Positions 9,951 through 19,904 of a DNA stretch of 64,000 bases are shown here, one piece after another. Below the pieces are notes generated by a model. It did not search any database. It had not been told where the DNA came from and worked only from the letters and a program-made list of their open reading frames with translations. Numbering within the stretch: the first letter of the stretch is position 1; each line of letters opens with the position of its first letter. The position numbers and the translations under genes were made by a program. Source of the DNA: Longimicrobiales bacterium (GTDB taxonomy: Bacteria; Gemmatimonadota; Gemmatimonadetes; Longimicrobiales; Gaopeijiaceae); the NCBI GenBank assembly GCA_041690395.1, contig JAWLHJ010000006.1, positions 134,530-198,529 on the forward strand. Direction: 5' to 3'.

Positions 9951-10994
9951 TCAGAAGATGGACAGACGGACGTACCGCCCCGGGTTCTCGCGGAAGTCCG
10001 CGAGCAGGAGGTCCAGCTGTCCGAGCACGTCCTCGGCTCGCACGATGAAGGTCGAGTCGCCGAGCAAACGCCCGAGCGACCCCTCGCCCGCCTCGATGCG
10101 CGCCGTCATGCGGTCGATGCGCGCGAAGGCGGAATCGGCCCGCTCCAGCGTGCCGTCGAGTCCGCCCGTGGAGTCGGACAACGATGCCATGATGCTCCGT
10201 AGGTTCCGCGATGCCTCCGCAACGCTGACGATGACGGAATCGATCTCCGGATCATCCAAGACGCTTTCGACCCGTTCGAACGACGAACGGGCGGCCACCG
10301 CGGCCGTCTGGATTTCACCCAACGCGCTGTCCGCGTTCGCGGTGAGCGACTGGGCGACGACGGCCTGCTGCTGAACGAGCGCCCGTACCTCCTCGGTGAT
10401 CGCCTCGATGTTGCCGATGGCGCGGGCCAGGTTGTCCGCGGTCTCCTGGTTGAACGCGATCTCCAGGCGTTCCGTGAGATCGGCGAGGTTCCCGGAGATC
10501 TCCTCGGCCGACGCCGTGAGTCGGGACAGCTCCGGAAGCGCGTAGCCGCCGAGAACCGCGACCGGTGCCTCGGAGGCCCCGCCGGAAGGAACGCCGGCCG
10601 GTGCGGCAGCAGCCGAATCGCCGACCTCGAAGAACGGGAACCGCGGATACGACGCACGGCTGACGATCTCGGCCTGCCACGCTCCGAAGAGCGACTCCGG
10701 ACCCAGCACCACCGCCGCGTCGTCGGGAAGCTGGATCGTCTGGGCCAACAGGAGTCTCACCCGGACCGCCCCACCATCCTCCTCGACCTGGATGCTCGAC
10801 ACCTGGCCGATAGGCACGCCACGGTACGTCACCGCGTTCCCCTCGGCGAGCTGCCCGACGCTCTCGAGTCGGACATCCAGCGGAACCATGGCACGCCCGA
10901 AGTTCGAGCCCTGCAGCCACAGCGTCCCCGCCAGGCCGACCACGAGCGCGGCGAGGATCACGAGGCCCACCAGGAGCTCCTTGCCCCGGTTCAC
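9951..10994 (-). CDS. mlaD: MlaD/MCE-family substrate-binding protein
   Basis: N-terminal TM helix, MCE motif VTYRGVPIGQV, helical tail, GSLGRLL and NPGRY; coupled to mlaF. Confidence 0.9.
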   Translation of the reverse strand: MNRGKELLVGLVILAALVVGLAGTLWLQGSNFGRAMVPLDVRLESVGQLAEGNAVTYRGVPIGQVSSIQVEEDGGAVRVRLLLAQTIQLPDDAAVVLGPESLFGAWQAEIVSRASYPRFPFFEVGDSAAAAPAGVPSGGASEAPVAVLGGYALPELSRLTASAEEISGNLADLTERLEIAFNQETADNLARAIGNIEAITEEVRALVQQQAVVAQSLTANADSALGEIQTAAVAARSSFERVESVLDDPEIDSVIVSVAEASRNLRSIMASLSDSTGGLDGTLERADSAFARIDRMTARIEAGEGSLGRLLGDSTFIVRAEDVLGQLDLLLADFRENPGRYVRLSIF

Positions 10995-11740
10995 GGAATC
11001 GACTCCATCAGCTCAGGCCTCCCTTCGATGAATCCCTTCACGACGGGGTCGTCCGCGTTCCGGACCTCTTCCGGGGTCCCTTCGTAGCGGATACGACCGT
11101 CGTAGAGCATCGCGATGCGGTCCGAAACACGAAAGGCGCTCGTCATGTTGTGGGTGATCACGAGTCCGGTCACGGAGAGCTCGTCGGACATCCGCATGAT
11201 GAGCTCGTCGATGACCGCCGTCGTGAGCGGGTCGAGCCCGGTCGTGGGCTCGTCGTAGAGGATGTACTTCGGCTCCGTGGCGATCGCGCGAGCGAGCCCC
11301 GCCCGCTTCCGCTGACCCCCGGAGAGCTGGGAGGGCAGACGGTCGCCGTATCCCTCCAGGTCCACGAGCTGGAGGCATTCCCGGGCCCGGTCACGGATCT
11401 CCGCGTCGGTGTGCCCCCCCATGCGCTTCAGCCCCATCCCCACGTTTTCCTCGATGGTCATGGAGTCGAAGAGCGCGGCGAACTGGAAGACGTATCCGAC
11501 GTTCCGGCGCAGCACGTAGAGCGATTCCTGGTCGAGGCGGCTCACGTTCTCGCCGTCGACCCATACCTCACCCTGATCGGGACGAAGGAGTCCCACGATG
11601 TGTTTCAGGGCGACGGACTTCCCCGAGCCCGACCCGCCGATCACCGACGTGGTCTGGCCTTCCTGGATGGACAGGGAGAAGCCCTTCAGGACCTCGTTGT
11701 CGCCGAACGCCTTGTGGATGTCGACGAGCTCGATGCTCAT
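10991..11740 (-). CDS. mlaF: MlaF-family ABC ATP-binding protein
   Basis: GGSGSGKS, FQFAALFDS, LSGGQRKR, YDEPTTGLDP; start at MSIELV. Confidence 0.93.
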   Translation of the reverse strand: MSIELVDIHKAFGDNEVLKGFSLSIQEGQTTSVIGGSGSGKSVALKHIVGLLRPDQGEVWVDGENVSRLDQESLYVLRRNVGYVFQFAALFDSMTIEENVGMGLKRMGGHTDAEIRDRARECLQLVDLEGYGDRLPSQLSGGQRKRAGLARAIATEPKYILYDEPTTGLDPLTTAVIDELIMRMSDELSVTGLVITHNMTSAFRVSDRIAMLYDGRIRYEGTPEEVRNADDPVVKGFIEGRPELMESIP

Positions 11741-12516
11741 AGCAGCACCGCCGCCCAGAACGCGTCGAGAACGAGGATGATCATGCTCGAGATGACGACG
11801 GCGCGGGTGGTCGCGCGGCCGACGCCTTCGGCGCCTCCGCGGGTATGGAAGCCGAACGCACATCCGACCGCGGTCACCGTCAGGCCGAAGGTGGCCGACT
11901 TGATGATCGAGAACTGGACGTCGAAGGGCCGGAAGAACAGCTGGAGCCCCTTCACGAACTCCTGCGACGACATGTCGAGGAGGAGCATCGCGGTGACCCA
12001 GCCCGACACGATGCCAACGCCGTTGGCGAGGACGACGACGACGGGAAACATGAGGATTCCCGCGAGAACCTTGGGCACCACCAGATAGGCGACCGGGTCG
12101 TAGGCGAGGGCCTCGAGCGCATCGATCTGCTCGGTCACCCGCATGGTCCCGATCTCCGCCGCGATGTTGGCGCCGACCCGTCCGGAGAGCGCCAGCCCGG
12201 TGAGCACCGGACCGAGCTCGAGGACCATGGTCTTGCCGACCAGGGTGCCCACGAAGTAGAGGGGGACCGTACCGGTGAACGTGTACGACGCCTGGAGCGC
12301 CAGGACGATGCCCGTGAACGTGGCGATGAAGAGCGCGATGGGAACGGACTCGACGCCCACGCGCGCCATCTGCCCGAGCAGATGGGGCGCCCAGAGGCTC
12401 CCTTTCCGGAGGGCATGCATGGCATCGATTCCCAGATACCCCGCGCGGCCGAGCGCTTCCACGGCCGACACCGCGCCACGGCCCACGGCCCGAACCGGAC
12501 TCAAGATCACGTCCAT
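11737..12516 (-). CDS. mlaE: MlaE-family ABC permease
   Basis: ELGPVLTG, GRVGANIAAEIGTMRVTEQIDAL, GGAEGVGRATT. Confidence 0.94.
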   Translation of the reverse strand: MDVILSPVRAVGRGAVSAVEALGRAGYLGIDAMHALRKGSLWAPHLLGQMARVGVESVPIALFIATFTGIVLALQASYTFTGTVPLYFVGTLVGKTMVLELGPVLTGLALSGRVGANIAAEIGTMRVTEQIDALEALAYDPVAYLVVPKVLAGILMFPVVVVLANGVGIVSGWVTAMLLLDMSSQEFVKGLQLFFRPFDVQFSIIKSATFGLTVTAVGCAFGFHTRGGAEGVGRATTRAVVISSMIILVLDAFWAAVLL

Positions 12517-12574
12517 GATCGATTATACCACGGACGGGAACGCGGCAAAGGGGCCACCCGGCCCACGGCGCGCG

Positions 12575-12922
12575 TCAATCGGACGCGCGTACGCTTTCCA
12601 GCGTGAACTCCACCTCTTCCACACGTCCCCCCTCTCCGGGGAGCTCGTAGGCGACCCGGATGCGCCGCACCGCCGCACGCGGATCGGTCACCGCGATCTC
12701 GAAGTCGAGTCCCTGGTCCTCGGACGCGACGCGGGTGCGCACGCGCTCGCCCGGCTCGGCCTCCGGCGGATCGGGATTTCGGAAGAGCGTCTTGGTGGAC
12801 TGGCGACCGGTCTCCAGCTGGCGGGTGACCTTCACCAGGCGCAGCCAATCCGGTTGGTAGCTGACCCCATACTCGAAGCCGCGCTGATCGGCTCCGGAAC
12901 CATCACGATTGTGTCGCGCCAC
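12575..12922 (-). CDS. Hypothetical protein
   Basis: 115-aa beta-rich ORF; GTG start preceded by GGAGG; no motif recognised. Confidence 0.7.
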   Translation of the reverse strand: MARHNRDGSGADQRGFEYGVSYQPDWLRLVKVTRQLETGRQSTKTLFRNPDPPEAEPGERVRTRVASEDQGLDFEIAVTDPRAAVRRIRVAYELPGEGGRVEEVEFTLESVRASD

Positions 12923-12945
12923 CCGACCCTCCAGGAGCCCATGGG

Positions 12946-12970
12946 CGTTTACGAAGAAATTATGTAAACG
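12946..12970. promoter_or_regulatory. Operator-like inverted repeat
   Basis: CGTTTAC-N11-GTAAACG with perfect arms and an AT-rich spacer, just upstream of the 12922 start. Confidence 0.45.
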
Positions 12971-13081
12971 AATGTTTCTCCCGACGAGGCCGAGAAGTCA
13001 AGAATATCGTGACCGCGGATCGGTCGGAATGCCCGCGATACGCGCTCGTTCGGAAGGTGGACCCCTTCGGCTTTTCCTGAT

Positions 13082-14230
13082 TTATACCCTCAGGGGGACC
13101 GGCACGAACGTCAGGAAAAAGATCGCGATCAGCACCGCGCCGAGCACCAGCCGGGTACGGCCGATATCCGGCGCGCGTTGGATCACGGCCGGGTGCGTCA
13201 CGCGGCCCCGGTGGAGCACCGCGATCAGCACCGCCCAGGCCCACCACCCCCACCAGACGAAGCCGAGCGGCACGAGCGCCAGCAGGAAGAGGCGGGCCGC
13301 CCCGTCGGAGCGGTCCGGGTGCATGGCGTACAGCACGTGCCCGCCGTCGAGCTGTCCGAGCGGAAGCAGGTTGAGCGCCGTCACGAAGAGGCCGAGCCAG
13401 CCGACCAGGGCCAGCGGATGGAGCAGAAGCGGCGCCTCGCCGAAGGCGGACGGGCCGAACCAGCCGGCGAACGCGTGGGTCACGAGTCCGCTCCCGAGCC
13501 AGACCGGCTGACCGGCGAACTCGATCAGGAACGGCGTGCCGGCCGGGACGCTGCCCGGAACCGGGCTGGAAAGGGCCATGCCGACCGCGAGGATCGGCAG
13601 GGAGACGAGGAAGCTCACGAACGGCCCGGACGCGCCCACGTCGAAGAGCGTCGAGCGCCGGACGGTCGGGCCCTTCAGGCGGATGAACGCACCCACCGTC
13701 CCGATGATCGAAAAGTACGGCGGGAACGGGATGAGGTACGGAAGCGTCGCACGCACCCGGTGGACGCGCGCCGCTACGTAGTGTCCCATCTCGTGGGCCA
13801 GGAGGACGCCCAGGAAGGGAAGCGCGAAAGGCACCCCCGTGAGCAGCACGTTCCAGCGGAGGCCGGACGGATACGGGATGACCATGCGCCCCAACTCGAA
13901 GACGCGGGTCTGGAGCGGATCCCGTCCCCCCATGAGGGCGCCGGCCGCGAGCGTCGTGAGAAGCGTCGCGACCAAGAGAGCCGCGTGCACCCATGGGATG
14001 GCCCGGGGCTCCTCACGCATCTCGTAGACGAGCACCACGTTGGTCGCCCCCTCCTCATGGTCGAGATACGCCGGCGCAGGCCAACGTTCGAGCGCATCCA
14101 CGACCTCGGGAGAGGCCGCGTCGAGATCCGGCCTCAGCGTCCCCTCCAGCACCGTATCGTGCGCAAGGGTCGTCAGACGGTACGACTCGAGAAGCGGGAG
14201 CCAGAGGCTCGGATCAGGCTTGACCGCCAT
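13082..14230 (-). CDS. Site-2 protease (peptidase M50)
   Basis: HEMGH zinc motif, [17 protein letters not shown]; several TM segments. Confidence 0.93.
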   Translation of the reverse strand: MAVKPDPSLWLPLLESYRLTTLAHDTVLEGTLRPDLDAASPEVVDALERWPAPAYLDHEEGATNVVLVYEMREEPRAIPWVHAALLVATLLTTLAAGALMGGRDPLQTRVFELGRMVIPYPSGLRWNVLLTGVPFALPFLGVLLAHEMGHYVAARVHRVRATLPYLIPFPPYFSIIGTVGAFIRLKGPTVRRSTLFDVGASGPFVSFLVSLPILAVGMALSSPVPGSVPAGTPFLIEFAGQPVWLGSGLVTHAFAGWFGPSAFGEAPLLLHPLALVGWLGLFVTALNLLPLGQLDGGHVLYAMHPDRSDGAARLFLLALVPLGFVWWGWWAWAVLIAVLHRGRVTHPAVIQRAPDIGRTRLVLGAVLIAIFFLTFVPVPLRV

Positions 14231-14248
14231 TCTGGGCCCCATTACTAT
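14220..14248 (+). promoter_or_regulatory. sigma70-type promoter for rho
   Basis: TTGACC (14220-14225), 17-bp spacer, TACTAT (14243-14248). Confidence 0.65.
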
Positions 14249-14411
14249 CGCGTCATCCCTTGTATTTTCAGGTCATTCCGTCCTGCGAGCCTCCCTCCGG
14301 ACGCCGCTCGCGGACCTCCCGGCCATCGTGGCCATCCTCCACGCGCATCCGCCCTCCGGCACGCCGCCACTCCCGGCCGTGTCTTCAGGGTCCCACCACC
14401 GGAGCCCTCCA

Positions 14412-15674
14412 GTGGATATCGCAGAGCTCAAGAGCAAGAGCCTCGTCGCGTTGCACGAGCTCGCGGAAGAGCTGAACATCAGCGAGCACAAAGGGCTCCG
14501 CAAGCCGGATCTCCTGCACCGCATCGAAGAGGAGCTGCTGGCCTCGACCGACACGGTACTCCGGGGAGAAGGCGTTCTCGAGGTCCTGCCCGAGGGGTAC
14601 GGCTTCCTGCGTTCCTCGGACTGGAGCTACCTGGCCGGACCCGACGACATCTACGTCAGTCCTTCCCAGATCAAGCGCTTCGATCTGCGCACCGGAGACG
14701 CCGTCGTCGGCCAGGTCCGCCCCCCGAAGGAGGGCGAGCGCTACCTGGCTCTCCTGCGCGTCGAGCAGATCAACGGCCTTCCCCCGGAGTCCGCCGCGGG
14801 CCGGCCGAACTTCGAAGAGCTTCGGCCGCGCTATCCGGACCAGCGGCTCGACCTCGAGGTGAAGGGCGGGGGCGGGAGCATAGCGATGCGCGTCGTCGAT
14901 CTCATCGCGCCCATCGGCATGGGTCAGCGCGGGCTGATCGTCTCACCGCCGAAGGCCGGCAAGACGACCATCCTCCAGCAGATAGCCGACTCGCTCTCGC
15001 GGAACGCCCCCGATGTCCACCTCCTGGTGTTGCTCATAGACGAGCGGCCGGAAGAGGTGACGGACATGCAGCAGCACGTCGAGGCGGAGGTGTTGTCGTC
15101 GACGTTCGACGAGCCGGCCACGCGCCACGTGCAGGTCGCGGAGATGGTGCTGGAGCGAGCGAAGCGGCTCGTCGAGCACGGCAAGGACGTGGTCATCCTG
15201 CTCGACTCCATCACCCGGCTCGCCCGCGCGTACAACACCACCGTTCCCCACTCCGGCAAGATCCTGTCGGGCGGCGTGGACGCGAACGCCCTCCAGAAGC
15301 CCAAGCGCTTCTTCGGATCGGCCCGCAAGATCGACGGCGGCGGCTCACTGACCATCATCGCCACGGCGCTCGTCGAGACCGGAAGCCGCATGGACGAGGT
15401 CATCTTCGAGGAGTTCAAGGGCACCGGCAACATGGAGCTCGTCCTCGACCGCGAGATCTCCGACCGCCGGATCTTCCCCGCCATCAACCTGAACCGCTCG
15501 AGCACCCGCAAGGAGGAGCTGCTACTGAGCGGGACGGAGCTGAACCGCGTCTACCTGCTGCGGAACTTCCTCTCGGACATGCCGCCGGACGAGGCGATGG
15601 AGTTCCTGCTGAAGCGGATGGCGAAGACCGAGAACAACCGGGAGTTTCTGGACGCCATGGCGCAGGGGGGGTGA
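14412..15674 (+). CDS. rho: Transcription termination factor Rho
   Basis: [56 protein letters not shown] start after GGAG. Confidence 0.98.
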   Translation: MDIAELKSKSLVALHELAEELNISEHKGLRKPDLLHRIEEELLASTDTVLRGEGVLEVLPEGYGFLRSSDWSYLAGPDDIYVSPSQIKRFDLRTGDAVVGQVRPPKEGERYLALLRVEQINGLPPESAAGRPNFEELRPRYPDQRLDLEVKGGGGSIAMRVVDLIAPIGMGQRGLIVSPPKAGKTTILQQIADSLSRNAPDVHLLVLLIDERPEEVTDMQQHVEAEVLSSTFDEPATRHVQVAEMVLERAKRLVEHGKDVVILLDSITRLARAYNTTVPHSGKILSGGVDANALQKPKRFFGSARKIDGGGSLTIIATALVETGSRMDEVIFEEFKGTGNMELVLDREISDRRIFPAINLNRSSTRKEELLLSGTELNRVYLLRNFLSDMPPDEAMEFLLKRMAKTENNREFLDAMAQGG

Positions 15675-15683
15675 GGTGGTGGG

Positions 15684-15907
15684 GGGCCTGCGGAGGCGAG
15701 GGGTTCGCGCCGCTCTGGGCCTCGTTTTTCCCTTCCCTTCCGCCCCGCACTTACGAGGCAACGACGCTCTGCGAACCCCTCGCCTCCGCAGGCCCTCCAG
15801 CCTCACCGTAGGACGAACGGGGCATCGTTTTTCCCTTCCGCCCCGCCCCGCACTTACAAGGCAACGGCGCTCCGCGGACCCCTCCTGCTCCGCTGGCCTT
15901 CAGCCTC
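15684..15907. repeat. Intergenic composite repeat: 25-bp perfect inverted repeat plus two 83-bp degenerate direct repeats
   Basis: 15684-15708 is the reverse complement of 15771-15795; 15722-15804 and 15825-15907 share TCGTTTTTCCCTTCC..CCGCCCCGCACTTAC.AGGCAACG.CGCTC.GCG.ACCCCTC..CAGCCTC. Confidence 0.8.
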
Positions 15908-15921
15908 TCGGTGGGACGCGG

Positions 15922-16242
15922 CTAAGCCGGGGTGGCGAGCTTCAGGCCGAGGATTCCCGCCACGATGAGGGCGATGCAGAGGAGTCGCACCGGAGTCGCG
16001 GGCTCGTCGAACAGCACGATGCCCAGGATGGCGGTTCCGATGGTCCCGATGCCGGTCCAGACCGCGTAGGCGGTACTCAGCGGGAGGGCCTGGAGCGCGA
16101 TTCCCAGAAGGGCCATGCTAGCGACCAGGGAGACCGCGGTCCCAGCCGTGGGCCAAAGTCGGGTGAAGCCGTCCGTGTACTTGAGCCCTACGGCCCAACC
16201 CACTTCCAAGAGACCCGCCAAGAACAGAATGACCCACGCCAC
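15922..16242 (-). CDS. gdx: Gdx/SugE SMR-family guanidinium exporter
   Basis: WVILFLAGLLEVGWAVGLK (Glu13), TAYAVWTGIG, GLKL; 106 aa from a GTG after GGAGG; riboswitch upstream. Confidence 0.93.
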   Translation of the reverse strand: MAWVILFLAGLLEVGWAVGLKYTDGFTRLWPTAGTAVSLVASMALLGIALQALPLSTAYAVWTGIGTIGTAILGIVLFDEPATPVRLLCIALIVAGILGLKLATPA

Positions 16243-16262
16243 GACTCGCCTCCGAGTCCGGT

Positions 16263-16311
16263 GTGGGGTCGTCCCCACCTGGGTTGTCGAGAAGACGGGG
16301 TCGTCCCCGTC
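16263..16311 (-). promoter_or_regulatory. Guanidine-II (mini-ykkC) riboswitch
   Basis: Two hairpins with ACGA loops (GACGGGG-ACGA-CCCCGTC, GTGGGG-ACGA-CCCCAC), 15-nt linker, directly before the gdx RBS. Confidence 0.92.
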
Positions 16312-16395
16312 CGTGATGGACCCTCCAGGCTAAACGGATCCGGGCCCGTTGGCCACGGCCGCAGCCGGGCGCACCGCCGCCCCCCGGAAGCCGCC

Positions 16396-16914
16396 CTACT
16401 CGTCGATCACGTGGTCGTACCGCGGGTTTACGATCAGCTCGTCACCTTCGAACACCTTTCGGTCCCACGGGAAGATCACGTTGGCGTCGGTGGTGAGCGC
16501 CGAGTAGTCGGGCTGGTAGCCGGTGGTGCGCGCAAAGCTCGTGGCGGTCCTGACCTCGGCGGGCTGGACGTCGCGGACGGCGGCGAGGGCCAGGCGGAGG
16601 GTATCACCGGAGCTGGTGATCTCGTCCACGATCAGGACGCGCTTGCCTCTCACGTGGCGAGGCGCCGCCGAAAGGATCTCCGGGCGCTCACGGATCTCGT
16701 CGCCGTGCTTCCGGGAGATGTTCATCGAGTAGAAATCGACCCGGAGGATCGAAGCCATGATGGCTCCGGGGATCACGCCGGCGCGTGCGATACCGATGAT
16801 CGCTTCGGGCGCGTAGTCGCGCGCGACCTTGAGGGCGAGGGCTCGGCAGAGCTCGCCGAACATCGCCCAGTCGAGCTCGAGGTGCTCCGTGGGAAACGCA
16901 TTTTGGCTGGCCAT
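16396..16914 (-). CDS. Type I phosphoribosyltransferase
   Basis: IIGIARAG, PRPP-binding VLIVDEITSSGDTL, IFPWD. Confidence 0.9.
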   Translation of the reverse strand: MASQNAFPTEHLELDWAMFGELCRALALKVARDYAPEAIIGIARAGVIPGAIMASILRVDFYSMNISRKHGDEIRERPEILSAAPRHVRGKRVLIVDEITSSGDTLRLALAAVRDVQPAEVRTATSFARTTGYQPDYSALTTDANVIFPWDRKVFEGDELIVNPRYDHVIDE

Positions 16915-17019
16915 GGTGCTTCTCGTTGATCGGGGATTCCTAACTTAATCACATCGGGAGCCGTCGCGCTGCCGGGATGGTCGGTTGACGCGTCCCCCGG
17001 GCGCGGGCAGCTTCCCGCC

Positions 17020-17466
17020 ATGTCCGACACCATCGCGGCGGAAGCCGAGAAGAAGCTCGAAGCGGCCCTCGAGGCCGAGGGAGCACGGGACCCGCGGGAG
17101 TTCTACCGGGAACGGCTCCGCGAGTTGAAGGAGGCCGACCCGGACGCCTACACCCGGGCCGTGGCCTACTACCGCGACACGCTCCTCCCGTCGATCGCCG
17201 AAGGGGGCGCGGATGCCCTCGACGCGTGGACCGAGTACGGGCGGACGCTGGCCGAAGCGTTGGCCCCGGGTCGGACGGTCCGCGTCGACGCGACCGGGAA
17301 AGCTCACCCCTACGAGCGCCCGAGCCGTGCGGACCTCGTGCTGCAGATTCCCGGAACGAAGGGCGGCCGGGCCGTCCTGGTATCGCTGCCGGCCAACCTC
17401 AGCTCGGCCCAGAAGGCGACGTACGACGTGCTCGTGGCGGGTAAGACGCGCGCGCAGACGGGCTGA
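17020..17466 (+). CDS. Hypothetical protein
   Basis: 148-aa ATG ORF with protein-like composition; no motif recognised. Confidence 0.8.
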   Translation: MSDTIAAEAEKKLEAALEAEGARDPREFYRERLRELKEADPDAYTRAVAYYRDTLLPSIAEGGADALDAWTEYGRTLAEALAPGRTVRVDATGKAHPYERPSRADLVLQIPGTKGGRAVLVSLPANLSSAQKATYDVLVAGKTRAQTG

Positions 17467-17498
17467 GGTTCGGGCCCGGGCCGGTCAGACCCGGGCGA

Positions 17499-19379
17499 TC
17501 ATTCGCCTTCGACGGTATACGCCACGCCCCAGGCTCCGATGCCGAGATGGGTCGCGAGCACCGGGGTCGCGGGCGCCACGAGGATCTCGACGTCCGGGCC
17601 GAAGTCCGTGCGCAACCGTCCAGCGATCCCTTCTACGAGCTCGGGTGCGCCGACGTGCACGATGCCGAACCGCACGCGGCCGCGCGGCTCGCCGATGCGG
17701 TCGCGCACCAGGTCGAGCAAGCGCGCTCTGGCCGCGCTCGATCCGCGGGCCTTCCCCGCCACCGCCACGCGGCCATCCGGCTCCACCCCGAGGATCGGCT
17801 TCAGCCCGAGCAGCCGTCCGAGGAACGCCCGGCCCAGGGAGACCCGGCCGGAAGCGATGAGGCGATCGAAGGTGTGGACCGTGAACAGGATCCCGGAGCG
17901 CTCCCGGATGGCCGCGAGACGCTCGACGATCGCAGCCGCGGGCACACCCGCTTCCGCGAGCTCCGCGGCCCGGAGGGCGAGCAGTCCCTCCAGAAGCGAG
18001 GCGCCCAGCGAGTCGGCGAGGTGGACGGGGGCGCCGCCGAATCGATCCGCCGCCGACTTCGCCGACGCGAACGTTCCGGACAGCGTCGATCCGACGAAGA
18101 CACCGACGATCGTCTCGGCTTCGCCGGCAGCTTCCTGGAAGGCTTCGACGAAGGCGGCCGGCGCCGGTTGGCTGGTGGTCGGAAGCGCGCCCCCGGTCTT
18201 CAGCTTCGCGTGGAACGCCTCGGCGGTGACGTCCAGGCGGTCCCGGAAAGTACGTCCCTCCTCCACGAGCTCGAGCGGCACGATCCGGATGCCGTGGCGA
18301 CGCACCAGCTCCTCGGGAAGGTCGCACGCGGAATCGGTCACGACTGCCACGGGCCGCCGCGCCAGCGTGACGTGCCGCCCGGCCTCCGCCCGTTCGGCGG
18401 CATCGTGCTGCGCCCGCATGTCCTCGGCCTTCTTCGCTTCGACGGCGCCCCACGTGTCGAGGAGCGCGAACACCGCCTCGGGATCGTCCGTATGGATGTG
18501 CACCTTGAGGAGCGCACCGGAGCGGATGGCGATCAGCGAGTCACCCATCGGAGAGAGGGCGGCCATGGCGGCGGCGCGTTCGGGCAGCGACGGGCCGCGC
18601 ACGAGACCCTCCGTGCAGTAGTGGAACCGCTCGGATGCTTCGGGGAAGGCGGTGCGCGCAGCGGCGGACGGCCCGGTGGCGGCACTCCCGCTGACCGCAC
18701 GCCCGACGGCCGCTCCCCGGTCGGTCGGCCCGTCGGCCCACCCTGGGGACGACGCGTCGTCCGTCTCCCCGCGGACCAGACGGAGCACGCCTTCGAGCAG
18801 GTGGACGAAGCCCTGGGCGCCGGCGTCGACCACGCCCGCCTTGGCGAGGACCGGCAGTAGCTCGGGGGTCCGGGCGAGCGAGGCGCGGGCCGCGGCCACC
18901 ATCCGCTCGAGCAGCGCCACGAAGTCGTCTCCCGGATCGCGGGTGGCCGCTTCCGCGGTTTCGCGCATGACGGTGACGATCGTGCCCTCGACGGGCTTCT
19001 CGAGCGCCCCCCCGACGGCCCTCGCACCGGCGGCCACGGCCCGCGCGAAGGTGGCCGTATCGATGCGGGCGCGGTCTCCGAGCTCCGCCGCGAGACCGAG
19101 CAGGAAGTGGGACAGGAGCATTCCCGAGTTGCCCCGCGCCCCCAGGATCGCGCCCTGGGCGGCCGCTTCGGCGACGGCGCCGATCTCGGACTCGCGTGTC
19201 TGGGCGAGACGCTCGGCGATCGACTGGAGCGTCAGTGCCAGGTTGGTGCCCGTATCGCCGTCAGGAACCGGGAAGACATTGATCCGGTCGAGCTCCTGGC
19301 TCATGCCGCGGACGTGGGCCGAAGCCGCCAGCATAGACCTCCGGAAACGCGCTCCGTCGACGTAGGCGATGGCGGTCAT
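17499..19379 (-). CDS. DAK2 (FakA-like)-DegV (FakB-like) fusion protein
   Basis: INVFPVPDGDTGTN, GARGNSG, KPVEGTI, VVDAG, KVHIHTDDP; then DegV motifs VVTDSACDL, PTTSQP, LSGTF, LKPIL, THLG. Confidence 0.92.
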   Translation of the reverse strand: MTAIAYVDGARFRRSMLAASAHVRGMSQELDRINVFPVPDGDTGTNLALTLQSIAERLAQTRESEIGAVAEAAAQGAILGARGNSGMLLSHFLLGLAAELGDRARIDTATFARAVAAGARAVGGALEKPVEGTIVTVMRETAEAATRDPGDDFVALLERMVAAARASLARTPELLPVLAKAGVVDAGAQGFVHLLEGVLRLVRGETDDASSPGWADGPTDRGAAVGRAVSGSAATGPSAAARTAFPEASERFHYCTEGLVRGPSLPERAAAMAALSPMGDSLIAIRSGALLKVHIHTDDPEAVFALLDTWGAVEAKKAEDMRAQHDAAERAEAGRHVTLARRPVAVVTDSACDLPEELVRRHGIRIVPLELVEEGRTFRDRLDVTAEAFHAKLKTGGALPTTSQPAPAAFVEAFQEAAGEAETIVGVFVGSTLSGTFASAKSAADRFGGAPVHLADSLGASLLEGLLALRAAELAEAGVPAAAIVERLAAIRERSGILFTVHTFDRLIASGRVSLGRAFLGRLLGLKPILGVEPDGRVAVAGKARGSSAARARLLDLVRDRIGEPRGRVRFGIVHVGAPELVEGIAGRLRTDFGPDVEILVAPATPVLATHLGIGAWGVAYTVEGE

Positions 19380-19396
19380 GGAAGCTCCCGGAGGGG

Positions 19397-19891
19397 TCAG
19401 TCGAGGGGCTCGAAGACCCCTGTGTCCCGGTTCTTGCGGACGTCGTCCCAGGGGAAGATCCGCCCGTTCATCGCAATGTAGACCCCCGGGGGCAGCACCT
19501 GCACGGCCGTGAGCGACCCCCCGAGGTTGAAGAGCCCGTCCGACGAGCCGAACGCGATCGGGATCATGGCGCCGGTCAGCACGATGGTCTTCTCGGGCAC
19601 GCCGTTCGCCAGCACGCGCGCCGTCTCGACCATCGTGTCGGTCCCGTGGGTGATCACGATGTGGCGCTCCGGCACGTCCCGGCAGTTCCGTGCGATCATG
19701 TCGCGGTCCGCGGCGGTCATCTCCAACGAGTCGACCATCATGAGCGTGCGCACGTTCACGTCGAGGCGGCAGCGGCCCATGTCGAGCATCTCCGGCAGAT
19801 GCGTGTCGCCGAACTGGAGCCTGCCGTGGATCTCGTCGTACTCCTTGTCGAACGTACCGCCCGTGACGAACAGCCGGATGGGTGGCGTCAC
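19397..19891 (-). CDS. Short asparaginase-domain protein
   Basis: TGGTFDK, DSLEM, ITHGTDTM, VLTGAM; catalytic domain only (164 aa). Confidence 0.88.
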   Translation of the reverse strand: MTPPIRLFVTGGTFDKEYDEIHGRLQFGDTHLPEMLDMGRCRLDVNVRTLMMVDSLEMTAADRDMIARNCRDVPERHIVITHGTDTMVETARVLANGVPEKTIVLTGAMIPIAFGSSDGLFNLGGSLTAVQVLPPGVYIAMNGRIFPWDDVRKNRDTGVFEPLD

Positions 19892-19904
19892 CGCTGGCTC
19901 TCCG

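Noticed and set aside
14040..14411. N-terminally extended Rho
   Set aside because: A promoter and RBS lie inside it; better read as a leader plus antisense overlap.
13178..15811. 877-aa plus-strand ORF
   Set aside because: Arg/Pro/Gly-rich shadow frame overlapping the site-2 protease and rho; typical high-GC artefact.
15722..15907. Possible mini CRISPR array
   Set aside because: Only two degenerate 83-bp units with a 20-bp gap; wrong geometry.
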